Positions 1 through 9,526 of a DNA stretch of 34,742 nt are shown here, piece by piece. Numbering within the stretch: position 1 is the stretch's first letter; each line of letters begins with the position of its first letter. A model generated the notes under the pieces. The model worked only from the letters and a program-made list of their open reading frames with translations, did not search any database and was not told the origin of the DNA. The position numbers were made by a program, and so were the translations under genes. Location: sequence record SRR2962707_4129; one strand, 5' to 3'.

Positions 1-134
1 TATCTGGGTATTTCACAATAAATTTGTGGACAAGATTAAGGACCTTGTCTAGAAACTCACTGTCACCCTTTTTTAACCGTCAAGTCCTATTTAATACTAA
101 ATGACTTTTTAAAAACAGCTAACTAAGAATAAAA

Positions 135-497
135 ATGAGTAAGACAGTTTTAGTAGTAGATGATTCCATCTACATGAGATCTCTAATCAAATCGACCATG
201 GAAAGTGCTGGATATGAGGTGGTTGGAGAGGCTCAAAACGGAGAAAGTGCAATTGATCTTGCATGTCAGCTCCAGCCTGATCTGATCACCCTGGACAATA
301 TCTTGCCTGATATGATGGGTTTTGAGATCCTGAAAGTAATCAAAGAAGAAGGAGTAGAATCTAAGGTTATTATGGTAAGCGCCGTTGGTCAGCAAACCGT
401 GGTGAACAAAGGACTCTCTCTTGGTGCGGCAGAATACATTGTAAAACCATTTACCGAAGAAGATCTTCTGAAAGTAGTAGATAAGGTAATGTCATAA
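135..497 (+). CDS. Single-domain CheY-like response regulator
   Basis: 120 aa receiver: VVDDS acidic pocket, LITLDNILP phospho-Asp, VSA, YIVKPF Lys motif; first gene of the operon. Confidence 0.93.
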   Translation: MSKTVLVVDDSIYMRSLIKSTMESAGYEVVGEAQNGESAIDLACQLQPDLITLDNILPDMMGFEILKVIKEEGVESKVIMVSAVGQQTVVNKGLSLGAAEYIVKPFTEEDLLKVVDKVMS

Positions 498-513
498 ACT
501 CCAATCGGAATAA

Positions 514-3135
514 ATGATTCGAAGACTCAACAACCTACCAATTAGGCAAAAATTTGCGGTAATTATCATACCGCTTATAATTATCATACTCGCCTTTGAC
601 TATTTGCAGGTCAGATACCATTATCTGGATTATACTGACTCCAATCGTCTCAACGATGCAATCATTGTTGGCATTGAAATAAATCATGTTGTACACGAGA
701 TTCAGAAAGAGCGAAGTATTTCTTCCGGATTTCTGGCAAATCAGGGTGAGAGCTTCGATGAAAAGTTGAGACTTCAACGCAAGAGAACTGATAGTACACT
801 GAATAAGTACTATCAGGAGTTGCAGGGAGATCATTTAGTTGATCTCATGAAATTACATCGTGAAGATCTCGACAGACTAAATACCTATTTCCAGCGATTG
901 GAAACGCTTCGATTGGGTATTGATCAACACAGAATTACCTCTGAGGAGTCCATTGATCGATTCTCTGATATCAATAATGTGGCTTTAAATACTGTCATTC
1001 GATTAATTGATGAAACCAGAGATAAAGAAGTGGCTCAACAGGTTCATGCGCTTATCTATTTTCTGAAATCGAAAGAGTTTGCCAGTATTGAACGTGCTAT
1101 TGGAACTCAGGCTTATTCGTTGAGCCATTTGGACTTTGATTTATACAATAGGTTCACCACACTTGTTGCCAATCAAAATGCCTACCTGGATGCTTTCAGG
1201 ATCATAGCTAGCGAGGGCTTTGTTCAGCAATATGGAAATATTGTTCAAGGAGATGCAGTAGAAGAAGTGTCAAGAATGAGACAGGTATTGTTTCAGAATA
1301 GCACATTAGCAGAAGATCCAAATCATTGGTACGAGGTAAGTACGGATAAGATCAACCTTTTGAAAAGTGTTGAGGATTACATGTCCGATAAAATTCAAAG
1401 TTCGGTAGAGGAAATTTCAGCACGATCAGTACGTAGTTTCTGGACTTTCCTTTCCCTTGATGTTACGATAGGAATTATTGCCTTTTGGTTGATGACGACT
1501 ATCGTTACGAACTTACTTAAGAACGTGAGCAAACTTGAATCATTTACCCGTAAGATCTCTTCCGGCGATATGACTAAGAAAGTTGTCATTGAAACCAAAG
1601 ATGAATTGGGTCAGTATGCCAAGACTTTCAACAGGATGGTCTTCGAGATTCGTAAGTCACATTTTGAGTTGAGGAAACAACGTGACAAGGCTAACTTCAT
1701 GTACAAAAACATCTACGGAGTGTCACTGGTTGTTTTTGAAAACATTCAACAAGGGATTTTCCTACTGGATAAGGATTTCAAAATCTCCAAGTTCCACTCA
1801 AAAGCAATGCGCGAGATCTTTAGCAACGATCGCATTTCCGGTGAGAACTTTGCCAGTTTCATGCGACCATTGATTTTACCTAGAGAATTGGAAGCGCTTG
1901 AAATGTTCATGAGGCATTTGTTCAATGACGACATGGATGAGGATGTGGTGAATCAGTTGAATCCCATTGATCAGGTTAAAATCCACACAGAGAAAGATGG
2001 TATTGTAGCGAGCAAATACATTCGAGTCGACTTTACACGAATCTTCAGAAAAGATAAAATCACCAATATTATGGTGACTGTTTCGGATGAGACTGAATCA
2101 ATCTTGTTGCAACAACACCTTGAGGAAGCTGAGAAGAAGAAGCAGCAAGAGACAGAAAGAGTACTTAGTATTCTTAAGATCGATCCATCTGTACTACGAG
2201 GATTCCTACACAATTCCAAGAAGATGCTTAAGAGCATTTCCGAGCGATACGAAAGAAATGATAATGATGAATACTCAGACCTGTTGAGTTTTACTTTTGA
2301 TGTCATTCATAACTTGAAGGGAAATGCAGTAGTTATAGGTATGGAACTCATGGGTAACAAGTTCCATGAGATTGAAGAAGCAATTACCAAGCTTCAGTCC
2401 AAGGAGGTTCGAGGTAAGGATTTCTTAGCCATTTTGTATGAAGTAGATGAGGCGGATCGAATGATCAGTGAGATTGCAGACATGCTGAATAAAATCGTCA
2501 ACATCTACAAGAAATTGCCAGCTGAAGGCGATGCTGCTGAGAATGTCATGGTTGTGGATACACTTGAAAGAGGGGCAGAGACAATCAGTAAGGAAGTAGG
2601 TAAGAATGTTGAGTTGGTCTTTCAAAATGAAGACAATGTAGTCCTTGCCAAGGAGTACGTAGAGCCATTTAAGGATATCATGATCCAGTTGATCAGAAAC
2701 TCCGTCATCCATGGCATTGAGCCGCCTGATGTACGGATGAACAACGGAAAGATCATGGTGGGTAAGTTAAAGATTGAAATGTATCGAGACGAGCATGATC
2801 TGATCATTAAGTACTCAGATGATGGTAGAGGTCTTGATATGGATAAGATCAAAATGAAGGCAGTTGAGAAGGGAATCGTTACGGAAACGGCTCTGAAAAG
2901 CATGGAGGAAGATGATTTGAAGAAGTTGATTTTTCAGGAAGGATTCTCAACAGCCGATAAGACAGATAAACATGCAGGCAGAGGACAAGGTATGCAGCTA
3001 GTCAGCAACCTAGTAGCTGAGAATAACGGCTCCTTTAGCATTGCTTACACACCTGGAGAGTCGTTTGAAATGATCATCCGATTCCCTTATATCGAACACG
3101 AAGAAGAAACCAGCGAAGAAACCACTGAAGAATGA
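514..3135 (+). CDS. Membrane sensor kinase: TM-NIT(nitrate/nitrite sensor)-TM-HAMP-PAS-like-HPT-CheA-type HATPase, no CheW domain
   Basis: TM1 FAVIIIPLIIIILAF; NIT-like motifs HEIQKERSISSGFL and IERAIG; HAMP KDELGQYAKTFNRM; HPT IHNLKGNA; CheA-type N box QLIRNSVIHGIE, DDGRGLD, IFQEGFST, AGRGQGM; protein ends just after the ATPase domain. Confidence 0.88.
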   Translation: MIRRLNNLPIRQKFAVIIIPLIIIILAFDYLQVRYHYLDYTDSNRLNDAIIVGIEINHVVHEIQKERSISSGFLANQGESFDEKLRLQRKRTDSTLNKYYQELQGDHLVDLMKLHREDLDRLNTYFQRLETLRLGIDQHRITSEESIDRFSDINNVALNTVIRLIDETRDKEVAQQVHALIYFLKSKEFASIERAIGTQAYSLSHLDFDLYNRFTTLVANQNAYLDAFRIIASEGFVQQYGNIVQGDAVEEVSRMRQVLFQNSTLAEDPNHWYEVSTDKINLLKSVEDYMSDKIQSSVEEISARSVRSFWTFLSLDVTIGIIAFWLMTTIVTNLLKNVSKLESFTRKISSGDMTKKVVIETKDELGQYAKTFNRMVFEIRKSHFELRKQRDKANFMYKNIYGVSLVVFENIQQGIFLLDKDFKISKFHSKAMREIFSNDRISGENFASFMRPLILPRELEALEMFMRHLFNDDMDEDVVNQLNPIDQVKIHTEKDGIVASKYIRVDFTRIFRKDKITNIMVTVSDETESILLQQHLEEAEKKKQQETERVLSILKIDPSVLRGFLHNSKKMLKSISERYERNDNDEYSDLLSFTFDVIHNLKGNAVVIGMELMGNKFHEIEEAITKLQSKEVRGKDFLAILYEVDEADRMISEIADMLNKIVNIYKKLPAEGDAAENVMVVDTLERGAETISKEVGKNVELVFQNEDNVVLAKEYVEPFKDIMIQLIRNSVIHGIEPPDVRMNNGKIMVGKLKIEMYRDEHDLIIKYSDDGRGLDMDKIKMKAVEKGIVTETALKSMEEDDLKKLIFQEGFSTADKTDKHAGRGQGMQLVSNLVAENNGSFSIAYTPGESFEMIIRFPYIEHEEETSEETTEE

Positions 3136-3506
3136 AAAAGAAACTACTCATTGTTGACGATTCTTCTGTGATGAGACGAACTATTGAGAAGAATTTAGCT
3201 GATTATGACCTTGAGATAATTGGTCAGGCATCTAATGGGAAAGAAGCATTGGACATGGTCAAAGATGACATGCCTGATGTGATTACTCTTGATATCACCA
3301 TGCCTGAAATGGATGGAATAGCCTGCCTGGAAGAGATTATGAAAATCCACCCTGAAGCCAAGGTGATGATCATTACTGCACTATCGGATAAACTAACCGG
3401 ACTCACAGCTCTTGACAAAGGAGCTCGCGGTTTTATGTTTAAGCCTGTGAATTCTGATGATCTTGCGCGAGCATTTGACAAACTTTTGAAGAGGGATGGA
3501 AAGTAG
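3132..3506 (+). CDS. Second single-domain CheY-like response regulator
   Basis: IVDDS, VITLDITMPEMDG, ITA, FKP motifs; 4-nt overlap with the kinase stop. Confidence 0.93.
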   Translation: MKKKLLIVDDSSVMRRTIEKNLADYDLEIIGQASNGKEALDMVKDDMPDVITLDITMPEMDGIACLEEIMKIHPEAKVMIITALSDKLTGLTALDKGARGFMFKPVNSDDLARAFDKLLKRDGK

Positions 3507-3963
3507 GAAAGAAGAATTCGAAGCAACCTGTAATCTATTCATCAATTCGGTGAGTAATTACTTCAAGCACCTGACTGAAATTGATTCGGACATGCGAGTT
3601 CCTTATTTGAAAGAATCGAAGGGGTTGGTGTTGAAAGACTATACGGGCATGATTGGTATATCCGGAAGCCGTAAAGGTTTCGTATATATCTCTGCAAATC
3701 GGGAAATGTTTGGGGATCTGATCAATATGTTTATTGGCATTGAAGATCCTTCAGATGAAGATATCCTTGATATGGCCGGGGAGATCTCTAACGTTGTTGC
3801 TGGAAACGTAAGAGCAAATCTGGGAGCCAATTTTATGATTTCGGTGCCTACTGTTTTTGAGGGTATGCCGGATGAATTGGAAATCCCTGAAGATGTTTCT
3901 GTTTATGTCATTCCTATCAATTGGAATAAACATGAAGCATTTGTTGTTCTAGGTTTAGATTGA
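3496..3963 (+). CDS. cheX: CheX-family CheY-P phosphatase
   Basis: TGMIGISG..KG and DMAGEISNVVAGN (ExxN catalytic motif), ISVPTV; adjacent to CheY. Confidence 0.88.
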   Translation: MESRKEEFEATCNLFINSVSNYFKHLTEIDSDMRVPYLKESKGLVLKDYTGMIGISGSRKGFVYISANREMFGDLINMFIGIEDPSDEDILDMAGEISNVVAGNVRANLGANFMISVPTVFEGMPDELEIPEDVSVYVIPINWNKHEAFVVLGLD

Positions 3964-3964
3964 T

Positions 3965-4765
3965 ATGCGCGAACTGAGTAAATCACAATCGGCAGCTAAA
4001 GAGAATTGGCTGGAAAATCTTGATAGAATTCAGGATAGCACGAGAAGGAACTATTTTTCTGTCCTTCCTGAAGAAAAGCGATTGCTCGAATTTTTCTCAG
4101 AAGCATTTGTCATAAACAATCCAAAGGGTAGAGTAGGAGGAGATGGATTTTGGCTCCATAGCAACGGGACTGATGTGTATCTAGCCCTTTTTACTTGTGT
4201 AGGTGAAGGCCACCTGGCTAGTATGATGATCCGAATCTACATGGAGGCCCTCAAGAAAATGGTTGATGGTTATGCCATGGACTTCCCAGGGTCTATTCTT
4301 CAATTTCTGCATAGAGAAGTTCAGGCAAAATTTAAAAACAAGAATAATATTCTACTCAATACTAACGCCAATGTTGGTATCGTCAAGTTGAATATTCAAA
4401 CAAAAGAAATGGAGTTTGCGGGTGCGAATATGGATCTGCTTCAAGTCAATCGACAAGGAGTCAGTATTATTCGTGGTGAAGATCAACAAGTAGGTGAAAA
4501 TACAGAAAAGGTGAAGAGTTACTCTTCAATAACACTCCAGGACATTAAAGGGTCCAGCTTTTACCTCTGCAGTACAGGTGTATTCAACCTGGTTGGTGGG
4601 CCATCCTTCAAAAAGATGACGATTGATTCAATGGGTGCATTCATGAGAGAAAACAGGAAAGCACCGATGGAGGAGCAAAAGCCCCATACTGAAAAGTATT
4701 TGACCGAATGGACAGGTGTCAATCGTCAAAATGATGATATCATGATCATCGGTTTCAAAGCCTGA
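3965..4765 (+). CDS. Stand-alone SpoIIE/PP2C-fold protein, probably catalytically degenerate
   Basis: PKGRVGGDGFW, FAGA and terminal QNDDIMIIGF match the family; the usual DCTGHG reads TCVGEG and SDG reads STG. Confidence 0.8.
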   Translation: MRELSKSQSAAKENWLENLDRIQDSTRRNYFSVLPEEKRLLEFFSEAFVINNPKGRVGGDGFWLHSNGTDVYLALFTCVGEGHLASMMIRIYMEALKKMVDGYAMDFPGSILQFLHREVQAKFKNKNNILLNTNANVGIVKLNIQTKEMEFAGANMDLLQVNRQGVSIIRGEDQQVGENTEKVKSYSSITLQDIKGSSFYLCSTGVFNLVGGPSFKKMTIDSMGAFMRENRKAPMEEQKPHTEKYLTEWTGVNRQNDDIMIIGFKA

Positions 4766-4768
4766 TTT

Positions 4769-6394
<1,626 letters not shown>

Positions 6395-6397
<3 letters not shown>

Positions 6398-6415
6398 GGG
6401 CAAATATTGCCCTAA
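6395..6415. repeat. Perfect 9-bp inverted repeat TTAGGGCAA-ATA-TTGCCCTAA (possible operator)
   Basis: Seen directly in the divergent intergenic region, overlapping the putative -7 element. Confidence 0.6.
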
Positions 6416-6512
6416 TCCCATTGAAGTGGTAAATTGAATGGTCACCAAACGGGTATTGATGCACGGGAATTTGAAAATAATGACATCTAATACCTAATTA
6501 GTAGGACCAAAC

Positions 6513-7223
6513 ATGAAAAAACTACTCACTCTAATCACGTTCCTGTCTATCCAGGCTACTGCCCAGGATTTGTTGAGAACAGGGGAATGGCAATCATTTT
6601 TCAAAGAGCGGAAGTATGAAGCTAAGGCGCTGGAAATCACAGATGATACCTTCTGGGAGATTAATGATCGCTATACCTATTACTCCAATTACCCGGTACT
6701 TCTTATTTACGATGGAGGAGAGTCTGAAATAATCCAATGGCAATACGATGGGTTGAATAATCTTCTGCATAAGAAGCATACTTTGCTTGATGAAAATTTT
6801 GAAAGAGTGGAGAAGGAAAATCTAGCTTATATGGTATTTGATGGATTGCTCTTGAAGAATCCTATGGTTGGGAACATGATCGATGGTGATTTTATGATCG
6901 TGTACAAACGTGGACCTATTAGTATCTATCGAGAGTATTATACTTCACCAATTGAACGGGATAATATTGAGTCAGCTCTAGCAGTGTATTATTTGAGTGA
7001 AGCAGTAAGTAACTTCTATTTAGGACAATTCGAGAAGAAGGCTGCCAAATTGGTGTCGGATTATCCCAGATTGGCTAAGAAGATCAAAGACCGAATTATT
7101 GGCTATTCCAATAGCCTCGATGACATGATTCGAATAGCTGAAGAATACAATGCATGGGTGGAAGAAAACTACCCGTACCGATATGAAGAACACACAGTTA
7201 TGTTTTGGAATAGCCGATTTTAA
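6513..7223 (+). CDS. Exported hypothetical protein
   Basis: Signal peptide MKKLLTLITFLSIQATA-Q; 236 aa; no recognisable catalytic motif. Confidence 0.75.
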   Translation: MKKLLTLITFLSIQATAQDLLRTGEWQSFFKERKYEAKALEITDDTFWEINDRYTYYSNYPVLLIYDGGESEIIQWQYDGLNNLLHKKHTLLDENFERVEKENLAYMVFDGLLLKNPMVGNMIDGDFMIVYKRGPISIYREYYTSPIERDNIESALAVYYLSEAVSNFYLGQFEKKAAKLVSDYPRLAKKIKDRIIGYSNSLDDMIRIAEEYNAWVEENYPYRYEEHTVMFWNSRF

Positions 7224-8536
7224 TTGATGTTCTCACATGTCTTTCGGTAGGGTATTTCTTTACCTACAAATTCATTCCATTCTTCCTCTGACATGTTTCT
7301 AGCTAGCAATCCACATATTCTGTTTGCTAATACAGCAGGGTCAACTGGCCAGGTACGAATGAATTGATCCCCACTACCCGTAACAATGGTTTTGCCAGTC
7401 AGATCGAATGAACCTGAGAAAACCCAATCCCTGTGATCATCTAATATGATTGGCAGCTTTCTGGAATCATCAAGGTCCCAAATTCTCGCCGATCTGTCCC
7501 TGCTCGTGGTAAGAAGTATTCTTTCTGTTGGACTGAAATCAATATCAGTGATCGCGCTGATGTGGCTTGATATTACTCGCTCAATGACTTTTTCCTCAAG
7601 GTTCCAAAGAATGACGTCTCCTTTTTCTCTTCCGATGGCGAGTAGTCGTCCGTCGGGGCTAATGTCCATGCAATTGATGGCGAACGAACCCAGCTTAAAT
7701 CCAAAGTAAGTCTTATCGTCTAACTCGTCTATGATTCCAGTAATCTCATCTTCCTTGACTTGATAGGGCTTTTCCCATGCCTCAAGGGAACCACTTTTGG
7801 TGCCTGCATAGATGGTTCCATCATTTTTATCTACTGCCAATTGATTGATTTTTTGAGTGGTGTGACCTACTATTTCTGTCTGACTATCAAATCCTTTTAT
7901 TTTTAAATCTCCAGTTCTAGTGACACTTAAATATCGCTGTTCTCCGGGTATGAAGATGGCAGTTTGTACGGGTTCAGGGTCTTCATAGGTTGTGATGTCC
8001 TCACCTTGAGGTACATTCAATGGAATAAGAACCAAACCTGTTTTATAGCAAGAGGCTAACAGTAGTTGGCCGTCATCTGAAATATCCAATGATTGAATAA
8101 TATGATCGGATTGATAGACGACTTCAGGAATGGCTGATGGATCTTCAATATTCCATTTGATAATGGTCCCATCTGCAGAGGATGTGTAATAGTACCTGGG
8201 ATCGCTACCAAATTTTATGTCTGATACTTTGTTTGAATGGACACCAACCTGATTGTAGGCAATCATACTGGTTGAGTCAAAACCAAGGTATTTGTTGGCT
8301 TGATGCAGAGCAGAAAAAACGTTCACATGAGATACATATGGTTCTGTATTACCATTCTTCCAGAAATCATAGGCTTGTTTAGCGAGTAAGGCCTTCAATT
8401 CGGTCAAATAGCCTGGCATGACAAGTGATCGTTGTGTCATGGACATCACCAGGGCAGAAGTTTGATCCGTATTGGTCTGCCCTACAATGGGATTTAGCAC
8501 ATTCGCAATAAGTATCAGAATCAATACTTTTCTCAT
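7220..8536 (-). CDS. Exported WD40-repeat beta-propeller protein
   Basis: Multiple WD repeats (SADGTIIKWN, KGDVILWN, SRDRSARIWD, GDQFIRTW); start moved to ATG 8536 (MRKVLILILIA signal peptide) instead of 8590. Confidence 0.85.
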   Translation of the reverse strand: MRKVLILILIANVLNPIVGQTNTDQTSALVMSMTQRSLVMPGYLTELKALLAKQAYDFWKNGNTEPYVSHVNVFSALHQANKYLGFDSTSMIAYNQVGVHSNKVSDIKFGSDPRYYYTSSADGTIIKWNIEDPSAIPEVVYQSDHIIQSLDISDDGQLLLASCYKTGLVLIPLNVPQGEDITTYEDPEPVQTAIFIPGEQRYLSVTRTGDLKIKGFDSQTEIVGHTTQKINQLAVDKNDGTIYAGTKSGSLEAWEKPYQVKEDEITGIIDELDDKTYFGFKLGSFAINCMDISPDGRLLAIGREKGDVILWNLEEKVIERVISSHISAITDIDFSPTERILLTTSRDRSARIWDLDDSRKLPIILDDHRDWVFSGSFDLTGKTIVTGSGDQFIRTWPVDPAVLANRICGLLARNMSEEEWNEFVGKEIPYRKTCENIN

Positions 8537-8609
8537 AGTAAGTGTGATTTTAAGGAAAGATAGCAAGAAGCGTTCTCGAACGTGAATCATTTTCTGCCTT
8601 TTTACTGCC

Positions 8610-8640
8610 TTGTAAGATTGGCTATGATTTAATAGATTCG
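8610..8640 (+). promoter_or_regulatory. Putative Bacteroidota promoter TTG-N20-TAGATTCG for the heme-protein pair
   Basis: -33 TTG at 8610-8612 and -7 TAGATTCG at 8633-8640, 21 nt before ATG 8662. Confidence 0.45.
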
Positions 8641-8661
8641 ATAAACTATCCCCAACTAAAA

Positions 8662-9066
8662 ATGAAAAAAATCGCTCTTATCATGTTGGTTGCTGTCTTT
8701 GTAGTCGAGGGCTACAGTCAGAAGCCGGAAACCCAAGTTTTGTTAGTCCCAAGCGCGGATTCTACGCGACTAGTGTCGTTCTCATTGGATGCCATGTCAG
8801 TCATTGATGGTAAGTGCTTAGGATGTCATTCTCCAAATGCACGAAATGAGAAGTCCAGAAATGCCATGCAGTGGGAAAAACTGCAATCGATGGGCAAAAC
8901 AGATGCTTACGCGCAGTTGGATGAAATAATGGAAGTATTGGAAGAGGGTACTATGCCTCCATCCAGAATGGTTGAAAGAAATCCGGGAATGAAATTAACA
9001 GATGAAGAGGTCGAAAAACTTAAAAAATGGGTTGAAGCATCTCTAGCTAAGCTAGAATCGAAATGA
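8662..9066 (+). CDS. Exported monoheme c-type cytochrome (Haem_bd-like)
   Basis: Signal peptide, CLGCH heme motif, distal GTMPP Met, LTDEE..LKKW ending. Confidence 0.82.
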   Translation: MKKIALIMLVAVFVVEGYSQKPETQVLLVPSADSTRLVSFSLDAMSVIDGKCLGCHSPNARNEKSRNAMQWEKLQSMGKTDAYAQLDEIMEVLEEGTMPPSRMVERNPGMKLTDEEVEKLKKWVEASLAKLESK

Positions 9067-9521
9067 TTAAGAAAATACTATACGTTGTTTTAGGAGCCAT
9101 AATTGTTTTACAATTCTTCAGAGGAGCAGCTCCGGATGTAAAGGAAGTAGGGCCTAATGACCTAATTGTTGCTGAGCAAGTCTCTGGAGAGGTAGCGGAG
9201 ATTTTGAGGTCAGCTTGCTACGATTGTCATTCAATGCAAACCAAATATCCGTGGTACACCTACATAACACCTGTTTCCTGGTTTGTTTTTGATCATATAA
9301 ACCATGGGAGGGAAGAACTTAATTTTTCCGAATGGACTACTTATGAGAAAAGGAGGAAAATTCGGAAGCTGAAGGAAGTGGGTGAGGAAGTCGAGGAGAA
9401 TAAAATGCCCCTGGAATCATACATCTCCATGCATAGTGAAGCCAATCTGACTCCCGAGCAACGTGTGCTCATACAGAATTGGGCCTCTGAACTATCTGAG
9501 AGAATAATGACTTCAGAATAA
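9063..9521 (+). CDS. Heme-binding domain cytochrome c (Haem_bd family)
   Basis: N-terminal anchor, SACYDCHS..T.YPWY, GREELNFSEW, KMPL.SY...H. Confidence 0.88.
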   Translation: MIKKILYVVLGAIIVLQFFRGAAPDVKEVGPNDLIVAEQVSGEVAEILRSACYDCHSMQTKYPWYTYITPVSWFVFDHINHGREELNFSEWTTYEKRRKIRKLKEVGEEVEENKMPLESYISMHSEANLTPEQRVLIQNWASELSERIMTSE

Positions 9522-9526
9522 GGATT

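Noticed and set aside
6489-6505. AATACCTAA half-site matching the 7-2-7 operator upstream of 6513
   Set aside because: Only one half-site; the partner position reads AGTAGGA rather than TTAGGTA
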